The translations under genes were made by a program, and so were the position numbers. A DNA stretch of 64,000 bases, taken from NCBI RefSeq assembly GCF_009914755.1, contig NC_060931.1; one strand, given 5' to 3'. A model generated the notes under the pieces. It was not told where the DNA came from. It ran no database searches and worked only from the letters and a program-made list of their open reading frames with translations. This document shows positions 15,621-30,071 of the stretch, in pieces. This DNA comes from the human T2T-CHM13v2.0 reference genome, Homo sapiens. The first letter of the stretch is position 1, and each line of letters starts with the position of its first letter.

Positions 15621-17109
15621 CCGACAGATAAAGCTTTCTAACAGGGTCTATCATGCTCTTAGTTTTCTTCTCTTTTATGGGGACATCTGCCTCCTTTTCC
15701 AGGAAGCCTCCCTGGTTTCCTTCCTTCATCTCTCATATGAGTGTTTATCTAGCACTGATTTACACTTCTTGGCCATTCTTCTGTGAGAAAAATTTGGACG
15801 AAGCTACATGACTACTTCTGCTATCTCTTTAATTCCTGAAATGCCAGGCATTTATATTTCTTCATTTATAAGACCCTTCCTTTAATATTTGTGTTTGTTT
15901 GCTTGTGATGAATAAAACGTTTTGTTTTGATATTTTAAAATTCACTTAAGTGAATTTTTATTCAACTTGTGATAATTAAAATAGTTGTTCTGAATGGAGC
16001 CAGGAAAAAGGATGATTCATATAAAACATTCTGGGGAAAATGACTTTACTTTCAATAAGACCAACTACTGGCCTTGAGAAGATTTTCTTAGGCAGATAGC
16101 AGGAGATTAAATATTTCATCTTTATATATCTTTTAGGCCTTGAAATCTGCATTTCCTAGAATTATACTATTTTACCATAAGACCAGTCCTTGAGCCTCTT
16201 CATTCATTTGCAACATATTTTGAAGTTGCACAAGTAAAGCCATATAATAATTTCTGTTGAAAGATTTTACTGGGGGGCATAATGATTATCCTAATATTTG
16301 TAGAGGTTCTTAATGCTTCATTATCATTATTGTTATTATCCTAACTTTTATGTACTTGTCAAAAAGAGTATACACATTAGTTTATATTTATTCAGTTATT
16401 TGGGATGCACAATTATTAACCAATCTTTTTAGTCCTATAGAATTTTTCCCTCTTCTCCTAAATTTGAATTAAAATATGATCTTGGTCAATTTGGCTATAT
16501 GATTATATCTAAAAAATGAATCTATATTAATACTTCTATGGTCATAAGAGTTAAATAAAATTGTTTGGAAAATTTTTAAATTATGCTAAGTTGGAAACAA
16601 AAAAATTGCTTACCTTGGACCCCAGGAAGAATTAATCCAGCATAGGAGATAGAACTGGAAACAGAAAATATAGTGTGGTACAAATTACAGTGGGAAATGC
16701 TAAATAAAAGTGTTCTATAGACACATATAATACACAGAAGAGGTGACACATATATCACACAGAAGAAGTGACAATTATTTTTTCTGATGAGAGATATGGG
16801 CTGGGCCTTCTAGGATGTGGGACAAGCTGGCAGGGTGGAAGGCAGGGAAGAAGAAAGAAGCTGTGAACCGCAGGCTCTTGGGTACAGTCTGAACTCTCCT
16901 GTGGCTGGAGGGGTGAGGTTTGACAAATGCTGCCACCATCCTTGGGTCTTGGCAAAGTGGTTTTCAGCAGTTGCAAATAAGAAATATTTCCCATTCTCCT
17001 CCCCATCTCTAGTTACTTTATAAACCAAACTCTGAGTTTGCAAACATTAACAGTGGCTTCTCAATGTCAAAGGGATATTTCTTTCCTTGTGTTAATATTG
17101 AAAATTCCC

Positions 17110-17453
17110 TCCAGCCATAAAAATGAACAAAATCACATCCTTTGCAGCAGCATGGATGCAGCTGGAGGCATCATCCTAAGCAAATTAACACAGGAACACA
17201 AAACCAAATACCGTGTGTTCTCGTTTATAGGGGGGAGCTTAACATTGGGTACACATGGGCACAAACATGGCAGCAGTAGACACGTGGGAATCCAAAAGTG
17301 CGGAGGGAGGGCGTGTGACAAGGGGTGAAGAACTACCTGTTGGGTTCCATGCTCACTACTTGGGTGGGATCATTAGAAGCCCAAACCTCAGTGTCACACA
17401 ATATACCCATGTAGCAAACCTGCACATAGACTCCCTGAATCTAAAATAATAAA
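17110..17453 (+). mobile_element. L1PA16/L1PB-type 3' end
   Basis: cagccataaaaa...tttgcagcagcatggatgcagctggag...aacctgcacat...ctaaaataataaa. Confidence 0.85.
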
Positions 17454-17871
17454 GAAAATTTTCTGCTTCGGTTGTCTTCTCCCTTTAAGTTTTGACACCG
17501 CTATTAGTTTCATTCCCATTTGTTTCCTTCTCAGTTTTCTTTTTGGCATACCCTTCTCTGCTCACCTCAACATGCGTATTTATCTGGACCCCCAACCTTG
17601 ACTGTGTTTCTTGCCCACCCTGCTCCCTGAACTCTAGATGTGATTATTCTGACCATCACTTAGATGTCTCCAGCTGCAGAAAACTCCCACCTGTTCACTC
17701 TCAATTACTGCCTGTATGGTAAAGGGGGATGTTTCAGGAGATGTACTTGATTGTATGTGTGAAGGTGGGCAGGGTTAGTGGGAGGTAGAAGCAGGAATGA
17801 GGACTGAGACCAGCTGTCTGGTGGGCACTTTGGTGAATGCTGGTGTGCACATGGACATGCCTCTCTTCCAG

Positions 17872-18006
17872 GTTGCTGGAGACCTCATCAGGCGCTTACA
17901 CCTCGAAGCCCACGCGGACAAACCTGTGGCCACCTACAGTGGGGGAACCAAGCGGAAACTCTCTACAGCCCTGGCCCTGGTGGGGAAACCTGACATTCTT
18001 TTATTG
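17872..18006 (+). CDS. ABCA13: ABCA13 coding exon (135 nt, phase 0 to 0), ABC signature and first half of Walker B: [45 protein letters not shown]
   Basis: ctctcttccag| acceptor and TTG|gtgagt donor. [12 protein letters not shown] is the ABCA NBD2-type signature. In frame with both neighbours. Confidence 0.97.
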
Positions 18007-19247
18007 GTGAGTAGAAGAATGTCAATATCTTGGAGTAAGATACATATTGCATATTGATTTATAAACTGATTTTAAGGGTTTTTCTGGGAAGTAACTTCAG
18101 AACTTGCAAAGCTGGTTCTACAAACTAGTAAACTGTTTTGCCATAAGCCAGCATTTCCCAAATGTCATTTGTATTTTACAGAAATAAAACATTTATTTTT
18201 TGCTAGATTCACTTATATTTGTCAAGCTGAAAATTCTATAAAATTTTAACATTAAAACAGTGTTTTAAAAGATTATTAGAATTCATCTGTAATCTGAAAA
18301 CCAATTATGTTTTCCTCTAGAATATTGCTTTTATGTCTTTTTCTGTGTGTAGATGTATGTTTATCACAGCAGTAGTGACACCTGTCATGGTGAATCTTAA
18401 AGATGGGTGTTGAGAGTGAAGGATGGATATGATGTTGAGAGTAGGGAAGAAAACTCCAGCAAGAGGGTAGAGTATATGCAATGGTCTTGAGACAGGGTGG
18501 TCTATAATCAATCTGGGAACTGCAGTTAATTTGATTTGAATGAATCAAAGCATTAATTGGAGGCAACAATTGTCAAGAAATGGAGTTAATTGTCTTGCAT
18601 TTCATAAAACAGCTATAACTGTTAATACAAGTAATGCCATTGAAAGAATAAATAAAGGCTATTGTTACATGCCATAAATTGGATTCTAATCAGTAGAGTG
18701 CATCTTTGGACTTCACACCAGTAGAGAGTCTGAGGGGTGTCAAAAAGTGTGGAAAACAAAACAGATTCCTTTTTTTCTATCTTTCTTCATCAAATGAATA
18801 CACCCTTTTAGTGGGGTAGTAAATGGGGATTGAGAAGGTCTGTGTGGGAAAATGGTCTCATCGTTTGCTGGTTGTCTCCTGGAAACTCACCTGAATATTC
18901 TTTTTAGGTACCATAAATTTGCTTTTGCAATGTCCAAATTCCTAGACTATTGTATAGTTTCATATTCCAGAATCTGATAATAAAAACTACCATTTGCACA
19001 ATCCTGAAGTTTACAAATTACATTTTATTTTCAACATGAGGCAGGATTATGTTGAGTAGTTAACAAGACGTGGGCATTCATTACTTTCTGTGGAATTTCC
19101 CTTTGCCCAGCCTCTTACAATGCATCTCCTTAGTTGAATGAAGGGGCCTCTGCTCTGTAGCCATGACCTGCTCACTGCAGACCCTGACATGCTTTTCTTT
19201 GATACATCCTTGCTCTCAGCTTTCCTTGGATGCCCAAACCTGTGACA

Positions 19248-19490
19248 GAGTGGTCAAGGTGGGGACTCTGGAGTCTGACTGACAAGCTTTGAATTTTGCT
19301 TCTGCAGCTGCCCAACACTTGGCCTTGTATGTTCTATGCCTGCTTCCTTCTCATCTGAAAATTTTCCTGATAATAGTGTCTGTCTCATGGAGTCATTGAA
19401 AGCAGTAAATAAAATAAACTACATTAAGCATATAGCCCAGTGTCTAGCAGATGGTAAACCACAGTAAATATTCGTGACTATGATGATGGT
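19248..19490 (+). mobile_element. MIR
   Basis: ggactctggagtctgact...ttctcatctgaaaa...cagtgtctagcagatggtaaa. Confidence 0.65.
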
Positions 19491-20357
19491 TACTGTTCAG
19501 AGCAATAGGTTAAAGAGATTTGTTGCCAGGCCTTTGGAGTTCTCAACAGAGAGACTAGAAGTGATTCTCAGAGCTGACATCAAGGAGGGAATCAGGAAAA
19601 CGTAAATTACACATACAACTCTCATAATGAGCATTGCATGATCACACCTTTTATTTACTTATTTTTATAACTAATACACATATATTGCTTGATTTGCAGA
19701 AAAGACTAGATATTTATTTTCCTGTTCAGTGCTTCTCCCCCTACACTTACTGCTTCCCATCTGTTTCTTTCTTTATGGAAGTTTATGAACCTAAGCTCTT
19801 AAGAAATATGTGTTTAGTACTCCCTGGCTAATAAAAGCACAGAAATACATCTTACAGTTTGGCGAGATTTCTCTAGAAGTGGTTCATATAAGGAATACTT
19901 TGGTGTCTATTGAAGGAGAAAGCTTCAAGTTCTAAGAAATATTAATTTATTTGATGTTGCTAAATAAATGAAGCCTTTTTCTGCTATCATATGTCTTCCT
20001 AGGGGATATCATTCCGAAATTTTATGGAGGTTGAAAATTCATTTTAGAAACATCAGGGTTGGCTTACCTAGCCAGATCATGGAGGAGAACCAACCTGACA
20101 TGAAAATATAGCCCAATTCCCCTCCTCTCAGTTTTATGGAAGTATAATTAACTGATAAAAATGGTATCTATTTAATGAATTCAACATGTGTTTTGATATA
20201 CATAAATATTCTGATGTGTTGACTACAATCAAACTAATAAACATATTGATGACATCACATAATTGCCATTTTTTCCCCTGTATGTGATGAGAACACTTAA
20301 TATCTACCCTCTTAGCAAATTTCAAATATGTAATACAGCATCGTTATCTACAGTCCC

Positions 20358-20718
20358 TCTCTTAGTTCACTGTGCTGCTATAACAGACTGGATAATTTAT
20401 AAAGAACAGAGAACAGAAATTCAGGTTTTGGAGTCTGGGAAGTCCAAGATCAAGGCACTGCCAGGTCCAGGTGTCTGCTGAGGGTGCCAACCCTGCTTCC
20501 TGAAACCTGTGCCCTCCAGAGGGGAGGAATAGGTGTCATCACAAGGCAAAAGTCAGAAGGGCAAAAAGAGGTGAATGTCCTTCATCAGGTCCTTTTATAA
20601 GGTCACTTAATCTTATAAACTCATTCACCTCCCAAAGGTCACACCTCTCAATACTGTTTCATTAGGGATTGAGTTTTAACATGAATTCTGTAGGGGACAA
20701 AACATCCAAACTATAGCA
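20358..20718 (-). mobile_element. MST-family (MSTD-like) solo LTR inserted in L1MA
   Basis: cttagtt..tgtgctgctataaca...gggaagtccaagatcaagg...caaactatagca. Confidence 0.82.
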
Positions 20719-20990
20719 GCCCTATATCCTGTATATTAGGTCTCCAGAACTTGTTTGTCCTGTATAACTGAAATTTTCTGCCCTTTGACAAGTATCTCCC
20801 CATTTCCACAGCCTGGCACCTTTCTACTCTCTCTTCCTATGTGTTCAACTTTTTAATATTTCACTAAGAAGTAGTGTTTTTCCATGCATGGCTTATTTCA
20901 CTTTATGCTTGGCATAAAGTCCTCCAGATTCACTTATGTTGTTGAAAATGGAAGGATTTCCTTATTTTTCAGGCAGAATAATATTTCATT

Positions 20991-21076
20991 ACACACACAC
21001 ACACACACACAGTGAGAGAGAGGAGAGAGAGAGAGACAAGGAAACAGGGAGAGAGAGAGAAAGAGAGAGAGAGAGA
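20991..21076. repeat. Compound (AC)10/(GA)n microsatellite
   Basis: Direct reading. Confidence 0.95.
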
Positions 21077-23960
21077 CATACACATTTTCTTTTCCCATTT
21101 ATACACTTAGGGATGCTTAGGTTGTTTCTATATCTTGGCTTCTGTAAATAATGTTGTCATGAATATAGCACTGCAAATATCCCTTCCAGATATTGATTTT
21201 ATTTCCTTTGGATACACACACAGAAGTGAGATTACTGGATCAGTGGCAGTAGTATTTTTAATTTGTAGAGGAACCTCCACACTGTTTTCCATAATATGTG
21301 TACATTTACATTTCCACCAATTGTGTATAAGGGTTCACTTTTCTCCGAATCCTTGCCATTGCTGGTTATCTTCTGTCCTTTTAACAATAGCCATTCTAAC
21401 AAGTATAAGATGATATCTCATTGTGGTTTTCATTTGCATTTCCCTGATTATTAATAATGTCGAACATCTTTTCATATACCTATTGGCCATTTGCATGTCT
21501 TCTTTTGAGAAAAGTCTGTTCAAGTTTTTTGTCTATTTTTAATTATTATTATTTGCTATTTAGTTTTACGACTTTCATATATAGGATGTAACCCCTTATT
21601 GGATATATGGTTGCAAATATTTTATCCCCCGCTGTAGTTTGTCTGCTTTGTTGATATTTTCCTTTCTTGTGCAGAAACTCTTTTCGTTTGAAATAGTCCC
21701 ACTTTATGTTTGCTTCTATTTTATGTGCTTTTGGTGTCATATCCAAAAAAGAAACAAGCAAAACATTGCCAAGACCAATGTCAAGGAGCTCTTCTTTTTT
21801 TTTTTCTACAAGTTTCATGGTTTCTCATCTTATGTTTAAATCTTTAATACATGTTCAGTTGATTTTTGTGTATGGTGTAAGATAAGGACCGAGTTTTAAT
21901 TTTTTGTATGTAGATATTCAGTTTTCCCAAAGCCATATATTGAAGAGACTGTCCTTTTCCCAGTTTTAATTTCAGTGTATTTGTCAAAGATTAATTGACT
22001 ATATGTGTGTGGGTTTATTTCTGTACTGTCTATTCTTTTCTATGAATCTATACATCTGTTTTTATACAAGTACCATACTTTTTAAATTATAATAGCATAG
22101 TAGTATATTTTGAAAATAGGAAATGTGAGGCCTCCAGCACCATTCTTCTTGCTTACTTTCTTTAGCTATTTGTGGTCTTTTGGGTTTTTTAAATATAAAT
22201 TTCAGTATTTTGGTTTTCTATTTCAGTGAAAAAATGACAATGGAATTGTAGGAATAGCACTGAGTCTGTAGATCGCTTTGGGTAATATGGACATTTAAAA
22301 ATATTAATTCTTTCAATCCATGTACATGGATAGCTCTCCATTTATTTGTCTTCAATTTCTTTAATCAAAATGTTATAGTTTTCAGTATACAGATCTTTCA
22401 CTTCCTTTGTTAAAATTATGCCTAAGTATTTTATTCATTTTGATCTTATTGTAAATGAAATTGTCTAAAATTTCCTTTTCTGATAACCCATTGTTATTTT
22501 ATGGAAGCACTATTGATATTTGTATGTTGATTTTGTATCATATGACTTTATTGCATTTGTTTATTAATTCTAATGGATTCTTTGGTGGAGTCTATAGTGT
22601 TTTCTGTATGTTAGATCATGCTTTTGAAAAGATGATTTTACTTCTTTTTTGATTTGGATGCCTTTTCTTTGTCTTGACTAATTGCTCTGGTTAGGACTTC
22701 TAGTATTATGTTGAATAGAAGTGGCTAGAGTGGGCATCCTTGTCTTGTTCTTCTTAGATTTGAAGTTTTTAGCTTTTCACTGTTGAATATGATGTTAGTT
22801 GTGGGCTTATGATATATGGCCTTTTATTCTTTTCTATTTCTGCTAACTTTGGGATTAGTTCATTTCTTTATCCAGTTTCTTCAATTGCAAAGGTAAGATA
22901 TTTATTTGAAATCTTTCTTTTTTTCTTAATGTTGATGACTTCTTCCTCAAATCTGCTTTTACTTCATCCCATAAGTTTTGTTTTGTTTCCATTTTCATTT
23001 GTCTCAAGATACATGTATTTTTTAAAATTTTCTTTTTAATTTCATTTTTGACCCATTGGTTGTTCAGGAACATATTGTTAATTTACACATATTTGTGAAT
23101 TTTACAGTTTTCCTCCTTATTAATTTCTAGTATCATACCATGGTGGTCTGAAATGATACTGGATATGATTTCAATTTTTTTAAAATTGTTTAGACTTGTT
23201 TTGTGGCCTAATATATGGTCTCTCCTGGAGAGTATTTTATGTGTTCTGGAGAAGAATGTGTATTCTGCTATTGTTGGATGGAATGTTCTGTGTATGGCTG
23301 TTAGGTCCATTTGGTCTAAAGGGTAGTTCAAGTACATTGTTTCCTTATTGATTTTCTGACTGGTTATTCAATGTATCATTGAAAGTGGAGCCTTGAACTC
23401 CCCTATTATTATTGTACTTATGTCTTTTACTCCTTTCAGTTTTGTTAATATTTGCATTACATATATAGTACTCTAATGTTTAGTGCATATCTATTTACAA
23501 TTACTCTTTTATCATTTTATATAAATTGACCATTTTATCATTGTATTTTTCTCTTTTTACAGTTTTTGACTTAAAGCATATTTTGTGTGACATAAATATA
23601 GATAAACATGCCCTCTGGGTCATCATTTGCTTGGAGTATCTTTACCTATTGTTTCACACTCAGTCTATGTGTATCCAAAAAAACTGTACTAAGTCTCTTG
23701 CAAACAGCATAAGATTGGATCTTGGTTTTTATCCATTCATTCACTTTATGCCTTTTGATTGGCAAATGCTGTCTATTTACATTTAATGTAATTATTAATA
23801 GGTAGGATCATATTCTTGACATTTTGTTAATTGTTTTCTGGCTATTTTTAAAGTTATTTATTCTTTTTTTTCCTCTATTACTGCTTTTCTTTTAATTTGA
23901 TAATTTTTTTTTGTGTTGGTATGTTGGTATGCTTTGATTCATTTCTGTTTTTTTTTCTTT

Positions 23961-23994
23961 TGTGTGTGTGTGTGTGTGTATGTGTGTGTGTGTG
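23961..23994. repeat. Interrupted (TG)n microsatellite
   Basis: Direct reading. Confidence 0.95.
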
Positions 23995-24381
23995 CATCTT
24001 CTATAGGTTTTTTATTTGTGGTTACCAAGAATCTATATAAAACATCTTATAGTTACAAAAGTCTATTTTTAACCTGATAGTAACTGAACTTATATCACAT
24101 TAAAAAAAAACTACACTTTTGCTTCCAACCATCTCATTTTATGTTTTAGATGTCACAATTTGCAGCTCTTTATATTGTATTTCCATTAAAAAATTATTAT
24201 AGCTATAGTTATTTTTAATACTTTGTGTTTTAATCTGAATATTACCATTATAAGTGATTTATACACCAACATTAAAGCATTAAAGTATGCTGAATGTGGC
24301 TGTATACTTAACTTTACTGTGAGTTTTATAATTTCATGTTGCTAATTAGAATCCTTTTATTTTGTTTTGAAGAACCCCTTT

Positions 24382-24502
24382 AGCATTTTTTTTTTATAAG
24401 ACAGGTATTGTGTCAATGAACTCTTTCAGCTTTTGTTTGGGAGCATTTTTTTTTTTATAAGACAGGTATTGTGTCAATGAACTCTTTCAGCTTTTGTTTG
24501 GG
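24382..24502. repeat. 60/61-bp tandem duplication
   Basis: agca(T10/T11)ataagacaggtattgtgtcaatgaactctttcagcttttgtttggg occurs twice. Confidence 0.97.
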
Positions 24503-25427
24503 AAATTCTTTATCTCTTTTTTATCTCTGAAGGGCAGCTTTGCTGGGTAAAGTAGGTAAAGTATTTTTATTTGGCAGGTTTTTTTTCTTTCATAGGCCCA
24601 CTCTTTCCCAGTCCTGAAGATTTCTTCTGAAAAATCCACTGATAGCCTTGTGGATGTATGTCATGAGCCTTTTTTTTCCTCTTGTTGCTGTGAAAATTCT
24701 GTTTTTCATTTTTGACAGTTTGATTATTGCGTATCTCAGTGAATAATTTGTTGGGTTGAAGCTATTTGGGAACTTTTAAGCTTCATATATCTTGATGTTC
24801 AAATGTCTATCTCTTTATCCAAATTTGGGAATGTTTCAGCCATTATTTATTTAATAAGCATTCTGCTGCCCCTTTTTCTCACCTTTTTTATTTTGTAAAT
24901 CTCATATTGTAAAAGTTAGGTCTCTGGATAATGTGCCATAAACCCTGTCAGGCTTTCTTTGTTCTTCTTAATTCTTTTTTACTTTTTTAAAATTTTCCTT
25001 GACTGGATAATTTCAAATAATCTGCCCTCAAGTTCACAGATTTTTTTTATCTGCTTGATCAAATGTGCTTTTCTCTATTATATTTTTTATTTCATTTTAT
25101 TTTTCTGCGCCAGTATTTCTATTTGGTTCTTTTTTTTTATAATTTTGATCTGTTTTTTGAATTTCTCTGGATGAGGTGAGAAAGAAGTGGGGCTCCTGGG
25201 TAGCATGCTGCATGGCTGGAGGAGTCAGGCACTCACTCATTGCTCTCTCACATTCCCCTATCATTCTGGCTTTGTTGAGCAGAGTGCAACAAAGCCAATT
25301 GGAGAGGTGTCTTTTAGAGCCAGAGCAGAGATTTTTCTTTCACCTGGGGTCTGGCCTCCCATGTCATTGTGTATATTTCTATTTGTGTTTTTCAAATGCT
25401 GATTACTCTGTGTTGCCTTTCCTTCAG

Positions 25428-25531
25428 GATGAGCCCAGCTCTGGGATGGATCCCTGCTCTAAGCGGTACCTGTGGCAAACAATAATGAAGGAGGTTCGGG
25501 AAGGCTGTGCTGCGGTGCTGACCTCCCACAG
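25428..25531 (+). CDS. ABCA13: ABCA13 coding exon (104 nt, phase 0 to 2), Walker B DE, D-loop and H-loop: [34 protein letters not shown]
   Basis: gcctttccttcag| acceptor and CACAG|gtgagt donor. DEP..GMDP and LTSH are ABCA motifs. Confidence 0.97.
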
Positions 25532-25599
25532 GTGAGTTCCAGTTTCTCTTGTAGCCATTTCCTGATAAGACTGAGTAACAAAGGTTAAGAAGTGCATTT

Positions 25600-25800
25600 A
25601 GGTACCTGCACAGTGTTACACATGGACATTTCTTAATCTTTACAACACAATAATGGTGATATTATTGTTAGCCCTCATTGTATAAATTGAGACTGAAGCC
25701 ATGAGGGATTACGTTATATAACCAAGTTTACATAGCAAATAGGTGGCAGAGCTAGAATTTGAACCTAGTGTTCTGTGTCCAAAGATGATATTCTTGCCTC
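25600..25800 (-). mobile_element. MIR
   Basis: tttacatagcaaataggtggcagagctagaatttgaacctag. Confidence 0.7.
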
Positions 25801-26193
25801 ATCCATTGCTACTGTTCAAGGATGAGTGCTAGACTACCATTTTCAGGTCTTCCTGAGGGATCTTTCAGATCCTTTCCATCCAAGGCCTATTATTTCAGCA
25901 GGTAGAATTAGCTGAACTAAAATACTTAACAGGTTACTGAATCTGGTTTAACATTTTCTTTATCACAGAATTAAGTTTGTAATTAGATTTCAAAACCATT
26001 GGCTTCTTTTTAACTTTCTAATACACTGTTCTAGCCCACAAAGAATTACAAATATAGATTTCATAAAACCTACTTATGGGGAGTGAGCAATATGATTTAA
26101 CTAATACAAATTCTAATGATGTAATAAAGACCAGGCTTTAATGTTTAGACTTGTTTTGTCTTTATGTTTAAGTAAAATATACTGTGAATAAGA

Positions 26194-26633
26194 TGTCAAG
26201 AGCTGCCAAAGATCTCACATTTTGCCCTTTTGCAAGCTAACAAATTTAGCTTGATACAGTTTTATGGATGTTGACAGAAGAAATGAGACTTCTGGGTCGG
26301 AGATGAAAGACTTTATTGCTCACAGCAAGAACAGTAGCCAGAGTGTCAGCATGGTTTCTCATTGGTTCCCTAAACCCCAGTTTCTATTGGACTAATGGAT
26401 GCCTGCACACAGAGGAGAGGAATGCCAAATCTGGTGAAATTACTACCTTATAACATCTGATAAGGAAGCCAGCCCTTCGTTTGGGAGGAGGTGTCGCTTC
26501 TTCCATGGTTGTTTGCTACTAGCATAACTTTGAGAAATGGCCCAGTTAAAGAGCAGTTAGGGCCTTATATTCTTGGAATTCATGGCAAGACACGTAGGAA
26601 CACAAGGGACCCATGGAAACATGCTTCCCAACA
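26194..26633 (-). mobile_element. MER76/LTR53-like ERVL solo LTR
   Basis: TG...CA ends; tgagaaatggcccagttaaagagcagttagggcctt..attcttgg...cccatgga...tcccaaca. Confidence 0.7.
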
Positions 26634-27246
26634 GTCTAAATCATTCAGTCTATGCTTGAGTACCCCAGCTCTTGTTACCAGGAGTGAAATATAAAGCTAG
26701 CCCTATCATTTGAAACGTGAGATTTCTGAGAGGACCTCAGGAGACTTTACTGATTACTGCAGCATTATTAGTTTACGTAAAAATACTATTAAATGCTATA
26801 ACTCAGCATGCATAATCCTATTACACATAAATCTTACAGCCATTTCCTGTAACAAGTGTTACTGGCTGCAAAGCCAATGTATTGTGAAGAACTCAGCCAT
26901 TCACACATTTCTCACATTGCTTCATGTCAAAGTAGACTTTTCTTAATTTTCTATCTCTGGGCTCTTTCTTTTTTAAAAAAATTCATTCACTGATAGGTTT
27001 GTCTATACTGCTTAACATTCCCCAATTTTCACTGCCAGACTAAACTTTACACTGTTGTTTTTTTAAATGCCATTTTCTGAAGTATAATTTACATTTGATA
27101 TAACTTAACCACTGTAAGTATGGAATTCTATGATTCTTTAGTAAATTTATAGACTTGTGCAAATATTACCATAAATAAGCCTTAGAATATTTGGGTCACC
27201 TCCCCCAAATTTTCTCATGCTTACTTTCAGTTAAATTAGCATTTGA

Positions 27247-27560
<314 letters not shown>

Positions 27561-27621
27561 CTAGGAAAACATTGATGGCTTTCTGCCTCTGTAAATTTGC
27601 TTTATATGGATATTTCATTAA

Positions 27622-27967
<346 letters not shown>

Positions 27968-28490
27968 TATGGCAACACTTTTAAAGGCTATCCATTGCGT
28001 TTTATGTCAATAGGTTGCTCCTTTTCATTCCAAACGGTATCCCATTTTATAGCTATACCACTTTTATTTATCCATTCACCAGTTGATAAGCATTTGGGTT
28101 GTTTCCAGTGTTTTGCTATTATGAATAATATGTTATGAACAGTCATATAAATGTCTTTGTATGTATAGACATGTTTTAATTTTTTTAGATTTTTCTGAGT
28201 CAAGTTGCTAGATTGAATAGTAAGTTGTATTTGAGACTTTAAGAAACTGCAGAGTTATTTCCCAAATTGGCCTTATCAGTATATGTTCCCAGCAACAATG
28301 ATGAGTCTCCTTTATTCCACATCCTTGTCACTACTGTCTGTCTTTTTTCATTATAGGCATCCTAGTGAAGTGGGGTTTTAATTCACATTTTCCTAAGGAC
28401 TAACGCTGTTAGAATCTTTTCATGTGCCTATTGGTTATTTGTATTACTTCTTTAGTGAAATTTTTATTCCAATATCTCCTCCATCCTCCA

Positions 28491-29212
28491 TTTTTTAAAA
28501 ATGGCTTGATACTTTAGAATAGTTTTAGGTTCACTGAAAAATTGAGAGGAAGGTACAGAAATTTTTTAAATCCCTCCTTGCCTTCACACATGCATATCCT
28601 TCCCTATTATCAGCATACATTACCAGAGTGATACATTTATTAAAATTGATGAGCCTACATTGACAGCACATTACCACCCCAATCCAATTTACATAGGGTT
28701 CTCTCTTGATGTTGGACATTTTATGGGTTTGGACAAATATCTAATAAGAATCCACCATTATAGTATCAGATAGAATTGTTTCTCTGCCCTAAAAATTTTC
28801 TGTGTTCCACCTATTCATCTCTCCCTCCTGCCTAACCCCTGGTAACCACTCATCTTTTTACTGTCTCCATAGTTTTACCTTTTCCACAATGCCATATAGT
28901 TGGAATCATATAGTATGTAGTCTTTTCAGGTTGACTTTTTTCATTTAGTTTCTCCCATGTCTTCTCATGGCTTGATAGCTCATTTCATTTCAGTCCTGAG
29001 TCATATTCCACTATCTGGATGTACTACAGCTTATTTATCCACTCATCCGCTGAACCACATCTTGGTTGCTTCCAAGTTTTGACAATTTTGAATAAAGCTG
29101 CTTAAGGATCCGTGTGCAGTTTTTTGTGTGAACATATTTTCAACTCCTTTGGGTAAATACCAAGGAATGTGATTGCTGGATCGGATGGTAAGAGTATGTT
29201 AATTTTTGTAAG
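28491..29212 (-). mobile_element. L1MC1-like 3' end
   Basis: agttttaggttcac..aaaattgagaggaaggtacaga; ttgatgagcctacattgaca; gtttggacaaat; tggcttgatagctcatttc. Confidence 0.85.
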
Positions 29213-30071
29213 GATCCTTTATATTTGAATTGTTTTTTATCTATTATTTTTGAATTGTAATAGTTCTTTTTATGTAGCAGATATTCCTATATTCTGAATA
29301 GAAGTCCCTTGCTGGATAAATGATTTGCAAATATGTATTTCCAGTCTATGGCTGTCTTTCCATTTTATTAATAATGTCTTTCGAAGTGCAAACATTTTAA
29401 ATTTTGATTACATTCAGTTTATCAATTTATTTTTATATGGTTTGTGCTTTTGGTGTCTCATCTAAGAACTATTTGTTCAAATGAAGTCCTAAAGATTTTC
29501 TTCTATCTTTTTTTTCTAAAAATTTTAGAATTTTGGCTCTTATATTTAAATCTTTGATCTATTTCAAGCTAAGTTTTGTGTATAGTATGAGAAAAGGATA
29601 TAAATTCACTTTTATGCATGTTAATATCCAATTATTTCAGCACTCTTCCTTGAAAAGATTATCTTTTATCCCACTGAATTGTCATAGCACCTTTATTATA
29701 TTATTTATTGTATGATTTATTTTTGGACTCTCAATTATTATCCATTGATATGTATGCTTATTTTCTCACCCAATAATATCATGTTGATTATGGTTGTTTT
29801 CTATTAAGTTTTGAAAACAGTGTTATTCCTTCAGCTTTTTCCTTCTATTATAAAATTTTTCATTATCTTGAAATATTTTTCAATTTCTCTTGTGATTACT
29901 TCTTTGACCCTTAGTTTATTTAGAAGTGTCATTCAATTTTCAGATACTGGGAGATTTTTAAGAGATTTTTTTTTCTGTTATTCATCTCTGATTTAATTTG
30001 GTTGTCATTAGATAAAATAAGTTGTATGATTTCCATCATTTTAAATTTGTTATGACTTTTTAATGGCCTAC

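Larger units (their letters stand above)
20131..25170 (-). mobile_element. L1MA-type (about L1MA9) element, 3' end through ORF2/ORF1 fragments
   Basis: 3'UTR aatatctaccctcttagcaaatttcaaatat; minus-strand ORF2 peptides ([18 protein letters not shown]; DLTAIHRTFHPTIAEYTFFS); internal deletions. Confidence 0.85.

Noticed and set aside
25176-25535. ORF-track starts upstream of the ABCA13 exons (also 10850 and 17797)
   Set aside because: The N-terminal extensions are intronic read-through; ABC similarity begins exactly at the AG acceptors.
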